Below, one piece after another: positions 18,709 to 28,798 of a stretch of 64,000 bases of DNA. Source of the DNA: a virus (Duplodnaviria; Caudoviricetes); the IMG/VR virus record IMGVR_UViG_3300032138_000008, positions 23,670 through 87,669 of that record; one strand, written 5' to 3'. A model generated the notes under the pieces. That model saw only the letters and a program-made list of their open reading frames with translations. It had not been told where the DNA came from and ran no database searches. Position 1 is the stretch's first letter, and each line of letters begins with the position of its first letter. Both the position numbers and the translations under genes were made by a program.

Positions 18709-20514
18709 ATGGCTGGTATTATTGAACGATTGACCGAAGGAGTTATCAATCGTGACCTGCGTGCCGAAGGGCATGCACTTTTAGAGAAGTGGGAGCGCAC
18801 TGGATTGCTGGAAGGCATTGATAGTGATCGCAAGCGCCACTCTATGGCTCGACTGCTTGAGAACCAAGCAAAAGAGCTTCTCCGTGAAACTTCTACCATG
18901 GCCGGTGGAGATGTCGAAGGTTTTGCAGCCGTCGCATTCCCCATTGTCCGTCGTGTTTTCGCGGGACTGATTGCTAACGATCTTGTTAGTGTTCAGCCGA
19001 TGAGTCTCCCCTCGGGTCTCATCTTCTTCCTGGATTTCACCATTAGCAGGGACACCGGCGACGGCAAGAACGACGAGTATTCGCGTTTGGCCTACAACTG
19101 GTCCAGTTCTTTCTACGGTGGTGGAAAGGTTGGCTCCCAGATCACTGGTGGTGTGGACTTGGACGAGTATGGCGTAGGCTATGCTGGTGGTGCGTATAAC
19201 CTCAACAACGGTTATTCGTCTCCGACAGGTTCCGCTCTCGCAAATGCTGTTACGTTGACTCCCCAGGCAGGCCCATACGGAAAGTTTGGAAGTCAGGAAA
19301 CTTCAGCATCTGTCCTTAATAAGGCAGTTACTTGGGATCCGGATCTCGTTTCCGGCTCGGCTGTTTTGTCCGTGGTTACCGTCTTGCAATCTGGTCTCGA
19401 TCAGGTTAATGTAGACGGACCGCAGTCCTTTAACATCTCCAGTTCTGCTGGTAATGGTATCCTTTCTCTGGCCCAGGGCGCTGTTGCGCGTTTGGTTCGG
19501 CGTCACACTCAGGTTGTGAGTGCCTCGGCTACTCCTCGTCTGAAGCTTGTCTTCGTCAGTACTGGTAGTGATGGTGCACAGGGGGACCACGGGTTGATTG
19601 CGGAAATCTCTACGCAAGTGTTGCAGGGACTCACATCGAGTGTTAACACTATTTCCTGGGCACAAACCGATGACCTCGTCGCCGGTGGTGCAGCAGGTTC
19701 TATTGTTGGACAGGCTGAGTGGGGACTTGAGAATGAGCAGAACATCCCCGAGATCGACATCAAGGTCGATTCCGTGGCGATTACTGCCATGACCAAGAAG
19801 CTCAAGGCTAAGTGGACCCCGGAGTTAGGACAAGATCTTAACGCCTACCACAACCTTGATGCTGAGGTTGAGCTTACGAGCATTCTCTCCGAGCAAGTTG
19901 CTCTTGAGATTGACCGTGAGGTTCTCGCAGATCTCGTCAATGGCGCGACTGCAGCAACCTACTACTGGTCCCGCTCTCCCGGTATGTTCTTAAACCGTGA
20001 GACTGGTGCTGAAATTGGAGCGTCTTCTAAGGCTCCCGATTTCACCGGTACAGTGAGTGAGTGGTATGAAACCCTCATCGAGACCATTAATGATGTGTCT
20101 GCACAGATTCACCGCAAGACTTTGCGGGGTGGTGCTAACTTTGTCGTCTGCGGACCCGAAGTTGCCAACCTCCTTGAGTTTACGGCTGGTTTCCGTGCTT
20201 CCGTCACTAATGACGACGAGAAGGGTTCCATCGGTGCCGTCAAGGTCGGTTCACTTTCCAAGAAGTTTGATGTCATTGTTGACCCATACTTCCTCCGGAA
20301 CGTGATTCTGGTCGGACGTCGCGGATCCTCTTTCCTTGAAAGCGGATTTGTTTACGCACCGTATGTGCCACTGCAAACCACACCCACTATCTTTGGCCCT
20401 GAAGACTTCGTGCCCCGCAAGGGCGTGATGACTCGGTACGCCAAGAAGATGGTGCGTCCCGATATGTACGGTCTTGTTATCGTGCGCGGACTCTTGGGTG
20501 AGTCAGGCGGCTGA
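18709..20514 (+). CDS. major capsid protein, T4 gp23-like
   Basis: FPIVRRVFAGLIANDLVSVQPM, KKLKAKWTPELGQDLNAYHNLDAEVEL and YAPYVPL...GVMTRYA motifs. Confidence 0.95.
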   Translation: MAGIIERLTEGVINRDLRAEGHALLEKWERTGLLEGIDSDRKRHSMARLLENQAKELLRETSTMAGGDVEGFAAVAFPIVRRVFAGLIANDLVSVQPMSLPSGLIFFLDFTISRDTGDGKNDEYSRLAYNWSSSFYGGGKVGSQITGGVDLDEYGVGYAGGAYNLNNGYSSPTGSALANAVTLTPQAGPYGKFGSQETSASVLNKAVTWDPDLVSGSAVLSVVTVLQSGLDQVNVDGPQSFNISSSAGNGILSLAQGAVARLVRRHTQVVSASATPRLKLVFVSTGSDGAQGDHGLIAEISTQVLQGLTSSVNTISWAQTDDLVAGGAAGSIVGQAEWGLENEQNIPEIDIKVDSVAITAMTKKLKAKWTPELGQDLNAYHNLDAEVELTSILSEQVALEIDREVLADLVNGATAATYYWSRSPGMFLNRETGAEIGASSKAPDFTGTVSEWYETLIETINDVSAQIHRKTLRGGANFVVCGPEVANLLEFTAGFRASVTNDDEKGSIGAVKVGSLSKKFDVIVDPYFLRNVILVGRRGSSFLESGFVYAPYVPLQTTPTIFGPEDFVPRKGVMTRYAKKMVRPDMYGLVIVRGLLGESGG

Positions 20515-20542
20515 TCAATAGATTAGTCCTCTATAAAACAAT

Positions 20543-20580
20543 CCCCCCTGTCACATTCGTGTGACAGGGGGTTTGTTTTT
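20543..20580 (+). terminator. intrinsic terminator after MCP
   Basis: CCCCCTGTCACA-TTCG-TGTGACAGGGGG followed by TTTGTTTTT. Confidence 0.9.
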
Positions 20581-20623
20581 GGAGAAATAAATATAAAGAA
20601 GATGGAGCTTAGGTTCTGCTCCG

Positions 20624-20631
20624 ACTATTTA
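20624..20631 (+). promoter_or_regulatory. putative late promoter motif ACTATTTA
   Basis: Intergenic, upstream of 20678. Confidence 0.6.
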
Positions 20632-20677
20632 AAAACAGCATACCACTACATGTCCCTATTATAAGGAGGAACTTCAT

Positions 20678-21220
20678 ATGGGTAACCAACCAAGCGCTGC
20701 AAGAATGAAAAGACTGATGGGAGGCAACAAGATTGAACCCACCTCCATCGAAACTCCTGAAGCCACCATTACTACTTTGAACACGAGCACCGTGACGCTT
20801 TCGGGGCCCAACACAAATGGTCTTGCGGGTGTTATTCTATCGGACAGCAAAAACCTCACTGGAGGCGCCGACGACTACGAGGTCACGATGACGCAGCCCG
20901 AGGATACCACTTTGTTGGAAGTGGGTCTTTTCTTCTCCCAAGCTACCGACGCCAGTGGCGACCTCATTGTAGATTTTGGAACGTCAGCCGGTGGTCAGCA
21001 GATAGTTGCGAATACCACCGTCGTTTCTTCGAACACGGCGACCGCTAATAGTGCTGTATCGACAGGAGGTATGAAAGCTGAGGCCGGAAACTCCCTAGCT
21101 TTTGTGACCAACTATACTCATCATGTAACTTCCGATACAACCATTACTTGTAGCCTTACAACCGATGGAACCAACACCACGGGTATTTACAGAGCATATA
21201 TCAAGTATATCTATATGTAG
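20678..21220 (+). CDS. putative capsid decoration/virion protein
   Basis: Thr/Ser-rich beta-like 180-aa protein in its own motif-to-terminator unit right after the MCP. AAGGAGG RBS. Confidence 0.55.
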   Translation: MGNQPSAARMKRLMGGNKIEPTSIETPEATITTLNTSTVTLSGPNTNGLAGVILSDSKNLTGGADDYEVTMTQPEDTTLLEVGLFFSQATDASGDLIVDFGTSAGGQQIVANTTVVSSNTATANSAVSTGGMKAEAGNSLAFVTNYTHHVTSDTTITCSLTTDGTNTTGIYRAYIKYIYM

Positions 21221-21250
21221 GACTTGAATAAGAAGAATAGTTTATATTTG

Positions 21251-21281
21251 AACCCCCTCCGAAGAGGGGGTTTTATTTTTT
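21251..21281 (+). terminator. intrinsic terminator
   Basis: AACCCCCTC-CGAA-GAGGGGGTT followed by TTATTTTTT. Confidence 0.85.
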
Positions 21282-21381
21282 GACATCAGTAGCCAAAAGG
21301 TCGATCTGCTAAATTTTTTCCCCGGTAAATTTTTGAGATTTTCGTTTTATGAATAGTTGGAGGCGCCTTTGCTCTTGAACA

Positions 21382-21389
21382 ACTATTTA
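21382..21389 (+). promoter_or_regulatory. putative late promoter motif ACTATTTA
   Basis: Intergenic, upstream of the neck genes. Confidence 0.65.
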
Positions 21390-21411
21390 GTTTAGCAGAG
21401 GATCCCTTTTT

Positions 21412-22704
21412 ATGCCAACTGACCTTCAACCTATTTCCGAAACTAGTGCGATAGTATTAACTTCCACCGGTAGTGCAGCCAAAGTTGCTGCCGCAGTCCC
21501 CTTTGGAGCCTACACCGGTTCCGTTGATTTCCTAAGCGGAGCAGCCCTCCAGGTAGCTTACGTTTATAAGAAACTGGGTGGAGATGTAGTCGACATTGAG
21601 TTGACCCCCAACAATGTATACGCCGCTTATGAAGAAGCCGTATTAGAGTACTCCTACATTATTAACCTTCACCAGGGCAAAAACAGCCTCGGCAGTTTGC
21701 TCGGAGATGCTACCGGCACCTTCGATCATATCGGAAACATCAAGAGCGGCTCCCTTTCCTCCAGTTTAGGAGGAACACACGTTTCCCTCAAGTACCCCCG
21801 CTTTCAGTTTGAAGCAGCGCGCTCCGCCGGCGACGGTTTAGCAGCGGCCGCAGGGTTTGGTGGCACCATCCGCGAATATTCCGCCTCTTTCGGACCTGCT
21901 CAAGGTGTGCAGGACTACGATCTCCAGGGCATTATTAGCAGTGCCTCTAATTCGGGCGTCGACGACGGGGGACAGGCTGTCGATTACAGCGGCAAAGTTG
22001 ATAACAAGAGGGTAATCATCACTCAGGTTTTTTACGTCTCTCCTAGGGCAATGTGGCGCTTCTATGGCTATTATGGAGGGGTAGGTGTCGTTGGTAATTA
22101 TTCCACATACGGACAGTTCGCCGATGACTCCACATTTGAGATTATTCCCACATGGCAGAACAAACTGCAAGCTATCATGTACGAGGACTCTATTAGAACC
22201 CGTACTTCCAACTATTCCTATGAATTGATTGATGGAAGGCTTAGACTGTTCCCCACCCCGAGCTATTGGGGACTTGCAGAGATGGATCGTATTTGGTTCA
22301 AGTTTTATGTTGAGGACAACGCCTGGGATGACAACGCCGGCTATGATGGCAGCATCGGTGGTATCAACAACATCAACACCGCGCCTTTTGGCAACATTCC
22401 CTATGTCAATATTAACTCAATTGGTAAACAATGGATTAGAAAGTACGCCTTAGCGCTCTGTAAGGAGATGCTGGGTCAAATTCGCGGCAAATTCACGACA
22501 ATGCCAATTCCTGGCGAGAGCGTCACTCTCAATCATTCAGAACTGCTCTCACAAGCCAAGGAAGAACAAACAAGCCTTAAAGATAAGCTCCGAGAGCTTC
22601 TTAAAGAAATGGAGTATGTGCAACTCACCAAGGATGACTCGGAACGCGCCACCGCGGCCGCCGAGACCATGAAGTTTTCCCCGTTGCCCATATTTGTGGG
22701 GTAA
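21412..22704 (+). CDS. neck/head-tail adaptor, gp13-like
   Basis: C-terminal WIRKYALALCKEMLGQIRGKF...GESVTLN motif. Positioned after the capsid genes. Confidence 0.75.
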   Translation: MPTDLQPISETSAIVLTSTGSAAKVAAAVPFGAYTGSVDFLSGAALQVAYVYKKLGGDVVDIELTPNNVYAAYEEAVLEYSYIINLHQGKNSLGSLLGDATGTFDHIGNIKSGSLSSSLGGTHVSLKYPRFQFEAARSAGDGLAAAAGFGGTIREYSASFGPAQGVQDYDLQGIISSASNSGVDDGGQAVDYSGKVDNKRVIITQVFYVSPRAMWRFYGYYGGVGVVGNYSTYGQFADDSTFEIIPTWQNKLQAIMYEDSIRTRTSNYSYELIDGRLRLFPTPSYWGLAEMDRIWFKFYVEDNAWDDNAGYDGSIGGINNINTAPFGNIPYVNINSIGKQWIRKYALALCKEMLGQIRGKFTTMPIPGESVTLNHSELLSQAKEEQTSLKDKLRELLKEMEYVQLTKDDSERATAAAETMKFSPLPIFVG

Positions 22705-22710
22705 TAACGA

Positions 22711-23202
22711 ATGTCCGACAACGAATGGAAAAGACCACCAGCGCCACCACCCCCGCTTTTCTTAGGTAAGAAAGAGCGAGACCTCGTAAAGCAGGTTAAT
22801 GATGAATTAATCGAAAAAGTCATTGGTCAGCAGATCTTATACTACCCCATTGATTTGCAGGTCACCAATTTCCATGAATTATACGGCGAAGCCATTGATA
22901 AAACTTATTTGCCTCCGGTGCGAGTCTATGCGTTGGTTGAGTTTACTGATTATGTCACGGAATACATGGAAAATGCCGGAATTGACAAGTCCTGGGAAAT
23001 TATCATCCACTTCCATCGCCGACGCCTTACCGAAGACCAAGACTTATATGTCCGTGAAGGCGATTTCGTGCTTTATGGAGATTTTTTCTATGAAATTGTA
23101 AAGCTGTCCGAGCCCACTAAGCTTTTTGGACAAGTGGACCACAGTTTTGAAATTACTGCGACGTGCAAACGCGCTAGAAAGGGACTATTCGATGCTACCT
23201 GA
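22711..23202 (+). CDS. neck/head closure protein, gp14-like
   Basis: ELYGEA, PVRVYALVE and REGDFVLYG motifs, plus synteny. Confidence 0.7.
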   Translation: MSDNEWKRPPAPPPPLFLGKKERDLVKQVNDELIEKVIGQQILYYPIDLQVTNFHELYGEAIDKTYLPPVRVYALVEFTDYVTEYMENAGIDKSWEIIIHFHRRRLTEDQDLYVREGDFVLYGDFFYEIVKLSEPTKLFGQVDHSFEITATCKRARKGLFDAT

Positions 23203-24076
23203 TAACTTTGATTTTGCGATGCTCCCCACGGATCACGAACCCTCTTTTAGCTTAAAAGAGATCGGCATGCTGGCTTCCACCATTGAGAACATTGATTATT
23301 CGATAGTCTCCTGGGTAAAGGAGGATTTGAAACTCTCCACCCGCACTAACGAAGGCTTTGCTGAGACCCCTGTGTTGTGGCAGGTGCCAGAAAGAGCATT
23401 CCAGATTAAAAACGAGAAGGCGCTACGAGATGACGCCGGCGCATTAAAGCTCCCATTGGTGAGTGTAGAGCGAGCAAACATCGTTAAAGATCCACAGAAG
23501 AAAGGCTCTTTTCAAGCTCACTATTATTCTAAGCGCAAGGATGGCCGCTCCGGACGCTTTATTATCGCCAAGCGCATTGTCCCTGACAAGACACGCAATT
23601 TCGCTGTTGCTAGCGGAACGCGAAACAACACCGGCGCCAAGAGTCAGCTTTATTATCCGAGAAAGAACAGAAAGATTGTGATTCAAACTCTCTCTATCCC
23701 GATTCCGGTATACGTTAATATTGAATACAAGATCATGATCAAAACTGAATACCAACAACAAATGAATGAGTTGGTGACGCCATTTATCGGACGCACAGGA
23801 CAAATTAACTCTTTTGTGATGCGGCGCAACGGACATTTATACGAAGCGTTTATCGATCAAAGCTTCACTCACAATAACAACGTGAGCAATTTAGCTGAGG
23901 ACTTGCGCATGTTTACGACCGAGATTACCATCCGCGTTCTGGGGTATTTGATCGGCGAGGGGGAGAATGCGGATCGCCCTATTGTGCGCATGGACCAAAA
24001 CACCGTAGAATTCCAGTTTCCATCCGAAAGAGAGGTTCCAGGAGGCGAGATTCCATTCTTTGGAGAGAGTTCCTGA
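23192..24076 (+). CDS. tail completion/terminator protein, gp15-like
   Basis: KLPLVSVER and PVYVNIEY...EYQQQMNEL pattern. Lies between neck and sheath. Confidence 0.6.
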   Translation: MLPDNFDFAMLPTDHEPSFSLKEIGMLASTIENIDYSIVSWVKEDLKLSTRTNEGFAETPVLWQVPERAFQIKNEKALRDDAGALKLPLVSVERANIVKDPQKKGSFQAHYYSKRKDGRSGRFIIAKRIVPDKTRNFAVASGTRNNTGAKSQLYYPRKNRKIVIQTLSIPIPVYVNIEYKIMIKTEYQQQMNELVTPFIGRTGQINSFVMRRNGHLYEAFIDQSFTHNNNVSNLAEDLRMFTTEITIRVLGYLIGEGENADRPIVRMDQNTVEFQFPSEREVPGGEIPFFGESS

Positions 24077-24136
24077 CATGGACGCCCTTTTTTCTATTTA
24101 GTTCAGGACCTTTTTCCGCTTTTTGAAATTAGAAAT

Positions 24137-24144
24137 ACTATTTA
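24137..24144 (+). promoter_or_regulatory. putative late promoter motif ACTATTTA (second copy CTATTTAGTT at 24094)
   Basis: Intergenic, upstream of the sheath. CTATTTAGTT occurs twice, 44 nt apart. Confidence 0.65.
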
Positions 24145-24199
24145 GTTTATGATTGCAATATGATATAATGTCATACTCACAGAAGAGGAACCCAGCAAT

Positions 24200-27100
24200 A
24201 TGTCAGTGAAAAACTTTAAATTTGTCTCCCCCGGTGTGTTCATTAATGAAATTGATAACTCTTTCATTCCTAAAACCGCCCAAGCTATCGGCCCCGTCGT
24301 AATTGGTCGCGCAGGCCGCGGTCTCGCGATGCAGCCCGTCCAAGTCTCATCTTATGCAGACTTTGTTGAAATGTTTGGAGACACCGTCCCCGGCCGAGCC
24401 GGCGGCGATATCTACCGCAACGGTAACTACCAATCTCCAATGTACGGAACGTATGCAGCTAAAGCATTCTTGAATGCAAACGTTGCTCCTCTTACATACG
24501 TGCGCCTGTTGGGACAACAAACAGCCGTTGGAAACGCTGCAGGCGGCGCAGCCGCTGCTGGGTGGAAGACCACGAACAACATGGGCAACCTCGGTAAAAC
24601 GAGCGCCACGAATCGCGGCGGAGGCACTACGGCCGCGGCCGGCGGTGCTTTTGGTCTTTTCGTTTTCCCGTCCGGAAGTGGAGCACATCTCGTGGATCCC
24701 GCAGCCCATATCGCCAATCCTGGTCAATGTGGTGGCATCTCTGGTCGCCAACCCGGCGCCGGCGTCTTAGCCGCTATTTTCTATATGAACAGTGGGTCTC
24801 TGGTTCTTTCCGGAGCCGTCCGCGGAGCCGAAGGAATGGTATCTTCTGGTAGCACGATGTGCATCGGAATGGATTCGAGCAATCTCTTCACGGCGGTATA
24901 CACCGATTCGAGCTTGGTCGAACACAAGGTAAAATTTGGTTTTGATGACGATTCTGAAACGTTCATTAGAAAGCGGTTTAATACCAATCCTCAGCTTTTA
25001 AACGCGTCTGGAACATTTTATCCCCTCCAAGATCATGTATTCTTGGGAGAGTCTTTTGAGAACACCCTTCGGAGTTATGTGGTATCGGGCTCTTCCCTCA
25101 TTGGGCAGAACATGCAAGGCGCCATCTACGGAATCGCCTTGAGTGGCAGTGATTCTTTGTCCACCTCCCCCGCGAACATGAAATCACAAGCCTCGCGCGA
25201 AGCTGTCGCAGGATGGTTTATTGGTCAGGACTTGAGCGGCGACCCCGCCACATACAAGCCTGCCCAGCAACAAAAGCTTTTCCGTCTTAAAGGACGAGGA
25301 CATGGCGAATGGCTTAACAAGAACGCCAAGGTGTCCATTGAGAAAGTAAAGATCTCTACGAGTACAACTACCCAATACGGAACGTTCTCTGTGGTCATCC
25401 GCTCTCTTCTCGATACCGACAACAATGTGGTGATCTTAGAGCGTTTTGATAACTGCACTCTTGACCCCACTTCCCCTAATTATGTGGCACGTATTATTGG
25501 CGACAAGTATTATTCTTGGGACCAAAACGAGCGCCGCCTTAAGGAATATGGAGAATATCCTAACGAATCCAAATTTGTATACGTTGAGATGAACGAAGAC
25601 GTCGATGCCGGCGCCTCCGATCCCCTTCTCCTCCCCTTCGGCTATTTCGGACCCCCCAACTTTGAGCCTATCGTATCCGGTTCAGGCAATGGCTCTAGCG
25701 CGCCGACTGCTAGATTTGTAATTGGATCGGGCTCTATTAGTAATGCACCGAGTATTTGCTGGACGACGCTGGGAGCAGGCGCCTCTTCGGCTACCAACGT
25801 TGGAGCTTTCTTAACTAGTGCCAATGTGCCGGCCGCGAGTGGTCTTGCCGGTTTGACTGCATCTCTGTTCTTCCCGGTCGACCGCTTACGCATCTCTGCA
25901 TCCGCCGGCGGGCTTACTAACCCCACTGACGCTTACTTTGGATTCTCCGTCACTCGGACTTCCGGAAGTACCCGCCCCGACCCCAGCGTTGCCGATTGGC
26001 ATAGACTGCTTTACAGTGGCTTCCCAGATGATCCTGTCTCCGGGCAAAACCCGGCCAAGCGCGCCGCCACTGGCGTGGACGCATGGTCTTATGTCTTCTC
26101 TTTGGATGATGTTCGAATCGGTGTCAACGGAGACTTCTATTATCAGTCAGGCTCCCGTGCTGCATCTCTTTCGGTCTCAACTGCCTCTTACGAGAACCTG
26201 CTGGCACAGCAATACAACCGCTTCACGGCTCCATTCTGGGGTGGCTTTGATGGATTTAATATCCAAAAGCCCGATCCCCTCTATAATGCAGGCATGAGCG
26301 CCGGCAACACTGAAGACAACAGTTACATCTATCACACTTATGCACAAGCAATTGATAGTGTGGCAGACCCCGAGTTTATTGATATGAACTTGCTGTCGAG
26401 TCCAGGACTTACCAATACGTCTCTGACGGGTCGTATGATTGATGTTTGTGAAGACCGTGCTGACTCGCTGGCCCTCATTGACCTCCCGGATGTCTATATT
26501 CCTTCTGCCGAGGCTTATTACAACACCAAGGCTCAACGAATTGCAACGACGCCTCAATCTGCAGCTACTGCATTGAGAAATCGCCGCATTGACTCCAGCT
26601 ACGGTTGCACCTTCTATCCTTGGGTCCAAACCCGGGATGCAGGCACAGGTCGTCTCCTTTGGATTCCGCCTACAGTTGCTATGCTCGGCGTGCTCGCTAG
26701 TTCACAGAAGTCATCCGAACTCTGGTTTGCCCCTGCAGGATTTAACCGCGGCGGACTGAGCGACGGCGCTGCTGGTATTCCCATCACGGCTGTCACAGAA
26801 AGATTAACCTCTAAGAATCGCGACACTCTTTATGATGCGCGCATTAACCCAATTGCCACCTTCCCCTCAAGCGGAATTGTGGTCTTTGGACAAAAGACCC
26901 TGCAAGAACGCCAATCGGCCCTTGACAGGATTAACGTGAGAAGGCTTGTCATCTACTTGAAGAAGCAGATTTCCATCCTTTCCACACAAGTTCTTTTCGA
27001 ACAAAATGTTCAAGCTACTTGGAATCGTTTCAAGTCTCTTATCGAGCCACTTCTGGCTAACACCAAGGCAAACTTCGGTATCACCGATTACAGGTTAATC

Positions 27101-27241
27101 TTGGACGAGACCACCACGACTCCAGACCTGATTGACCAAAACATTTTGTATGCTAAGATTATGGTGAAGCCTGCAAGAGCTATCGAATACATTGCTATCG
27201 ACTTTGTGATTGCCTCGACCGGTGCTTCATTCGACGATTAA
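24200..27241 (+). CDS. contractile tail sheath protein, gp18-like
   Basis: N-terminal FVSPGVFINEID and C-terminal WFAPAGFNRG, RINPI, GQKTLQ...LDRINVRRL, KPARAIEYI. Confidence 0.93.
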   Translation: MSVKNFKFVSPGVFINEIDNSFIPKTAQAIGPVVIGRAGRGLAMQPVQVSSYADFVEMFGDTVPGRAGGDIYRNGNYQSPMYGTYAAKAFLNANVAPLTYVRLLGQQTAVGNAAGGAAAAGWKTTNNMGNLGKTSATNRGGGTTAAAGGAFGLFVFPSGSGAHLVDPAAHIANPGQCGGISGRQPGAGVLAAIFYMNSGSLVLSGAVRGAEGMVSSGSTMCIGMDSSNLFTAVYTDSSLVEHKVKFGFDDDSETFIRKRFNTNPQLLNASGTFYPLQDHVFLGESFENTLRSYVVSGSSLIGQNMQGAIYGIALSGSDSLSTSPANMKSQASREAVAGWFIGQDLSGDPATYKPAQQQKLFRLKGRGHGEWLNKNAKVSIEKVKISTSTTTQYGTFSVVIRSLLDTDNNVVILERFDNCTLDPTSPNYVARIIGDKYYSWDQNERRLKEYGEYPNESKFVYVEMNEDVDAGASDPLLLPFGYFGPPNFEPIVSGSGNGSSAPTARFVIGSGSISNAPSICWTTLGAGASSATNVGAFLTSANVPAASGLAGLTASLFFPVDRLRISASAGGLTNPTDAYFGFSVTRTSGSTRPDPSVADWHRLLYSGFPDDPVSGQNPAKRAATGVDAWSYVFSLDDVRIGVNGDFYYQSGSRAASLSVSTASYENLLAQQYNRFTAPFWGGFDGFNIQKPDPLYNAGMSAGNTEDNSYIYHTYAQAIDSVADPEFIDMNLLSSPGLTNTSLTGRMIDVCEDRADSLALIDLPDVYIPSAEAYYNTKAQRIATTPQSAATALRNRRIDSSYGCTFYPWVQTRDAGTGRLLWIPPTVAMLGVLASSQKSSELWFAPAGFNRGGLSDGAAGIPITAVTERLTSKNRDTLYDARINPIATFPSSGIVVFGQKTLQERQSALDRINVRRLVIYLKKQISILSTQVLFEQNVQATWNRFKSLIEPLLANTKANFGITDYRLILDETTTTPDLIDQNILYAKIMVKPARAIEYIAIDFVIASTGASFDD

Positions 27242-27269
27242 AAGAGATGAAAGAAATTTCCCCTCACAT

Positions 27270-27277
27270 ACTATATA
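27270..27277 (+). promoter_or_regulatory. putative late promoter variant ACTATATA
   Basis: Intergenic, upstream of the tube gene. Confidence 0.4.
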
Positions 27278-27302
27278 AAATTAGAAACAGGAGTTCCAAC
27301 TA

Positions 27303-27890
27303 ATGCCATTCTGGTCAACAAATTTCGGTCAAGATACCACCCTTAAAGATCCTAAAAGAAAATTTAGGTTCACGGTAGAGTTTCAGGGTATTCAATCTGC
27401 CCAAGGAGGCGCCACATTGTGGTACGCCAAAACGGTAAGCAAGCCGTCATTCCAGATTGCAGCTACAGAACACAAGTATTTGAACCATACTTTCTACTAT
27501 CCTGGTTCCGTAGCGTGGCAGGATGTCACCCTCGCTTTGGTGGATCCCGTCAACCCCGATATAGCTGCTACACTGTCTGACATTGTTGTACAGTCCGGCT
27601 ATACGCCGCCAACAGATTCTAATTCATTGACCACTATGTCAAAGGCCAAGGCCGCTGGCGCACTTGGAACCGTCATTATTACTCAAATCGATTCCGAAGG
27701 CAACCCCTTAGAAACGTGGACCTTGTGGAACTCATTTATTACCGATCTTAAGTACGGCGATCTTGCATATGGCGAAGACGAACTTACTCAATTAGATCTT
27801 ACTCTGAAGTATGACTGGGCCCGAGTTGAGACCGCTGGTCCTTCCGTTGCAGTGGCTGGAAACGGCGGCAACGAATTCTTCAACATCTAG
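27303..27890 (+). CDS. tail tube protein, gp19-like
   Basis: PKRKFRFTVEF, KPSFQI and ETWTLWNSFITDLKYGDLAY...LTLKYDWA. Follows the sheath. Confidence 0.88.
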   Translation: MPFWSTNFGQDTTLKDPKRKFRFTVEFQGIQSAQGGATLWYAKTVSKPSFQIAATEHKYLNHTFYYPGSVAWQDVTLALVDPVNPDIAATLSDIVVQSGYTPPTDSNSLTTMSKAKAAGALGTVIITQIDSEGNPLETWTLWNSFITDLKYGDLAYGEDELTQLDLTLKYDWARVETAGPSVAVAGNGGNEFFNI

Positions 27891-27934
27891 AATTACATAT
27901 AATATAACGACAACTAAATTACGAGAGGTGTATA

Positions 27935-28798
27935 TTGTCACGAAATAAAAACCGCGTGGGCGGACCTACCGCAGAACCAGCCGCAGGACCCCCACCCACT
28001 GTACTCCAAGAGGGGACTACTTCCAACACATTTTCCTTTGTGGTGCCTACTGAGTTTGTAGAGCTACCATCACAGGGTAATTTTTATACTGAAGAGCACC
28101 CTCTATGTGGGCAAGAAAGTATTGAAATCAAGCAAATGACTGCTAAAGAGGAAGATATGCTCACCTCCACCACCTTGTTGAGAAAAGGGGTTGCGCTCGA
28201 CCGTGTCATTCGCAGCTTGATTGTGGATAAACGCATTAATCCTGACACATTGCTGGTGGGAGATCGAAATGCTATTATCCTTTCGGCCCGCGTTTCCGGA
28301 TATGGGAGCGATTACAACACCAAAGTGACGTGTCCCTCATGCACTGTCACCAGCGAATACAGCTTTGACCTAAATGACGCCAGTGTATATACTGGGACAG
28401 ATCTTACCGAACAAGAATTAGTGGACAACCAGGACGGAACATTCGACACTATTCTACCTAAAACTCAGATTACAGTTACCTTTAAATTGCTTACGGGAAA
28501 TGATGAAAAGAACCTAACTAGCGCTGCGCAAGCGGACCGTAAGAAAAGCAATTATGAGAAAAATGTGACGCGCCAATTGAGCAACCTTGTTGTGGCTGTC
28601 AATGGAGATGATTCGGCACAAGCGATTCAATATCTTATTGACAACATTCCTTCAATTGACTCTCGCCACATTCGCACCATTTACCGCCGCGCCGCGCCAA
28701 ACATCGATCTCACTCAGCGATATGCTTGTACAGAGTGTGACTATGCCGCGGACATGGAGGTTCCGCTTTCCGCGGACTTTTTTTGGCCTGACCGATGA
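27935..28798 (+). CDS. tail assembly chaperone / baseplate hub assembly protein (gp26-like), upstream part
   Basis: TTG start after GAGG. VELPSQG, IKQMTAKEEDML, two CxxC motifs, ends ADFFWPDR. Lies between tube and tape measure. Confidence 0.75.
   Translation: MSRNKNRVGGPTAEPAAGPPPTVLQEGTTSNTFSFVVPTEFVELPSQGNFYTEEHPLCGQESIEIKQMTAKEEDMLTSTTLLRKGVALDRVIRSLIVDKRINPDTLLVGDRNAIILSARVSGYGSDYNTKVTCPSCTVTSEYSFDLNDASVYTGTDLTEQELVDNQDGTFDTILPKTQITVTFKLLTGNDEKNLTSAAQADRKKSNYEKNVTRQLSNLVVAVNGDDSAQAIQYLIDNIPSIDSRHIRTIYRRAAPNIDLTQRYACTECDYAADMEVPLSADFFWPDR

Noticed and set aside
28772-28798. Canonical -1 slippery heptamer for the chaperone
   Set aside because: The downstream chaperone-like ORF is in the +1 frame, so a -1 shift would not reach it.
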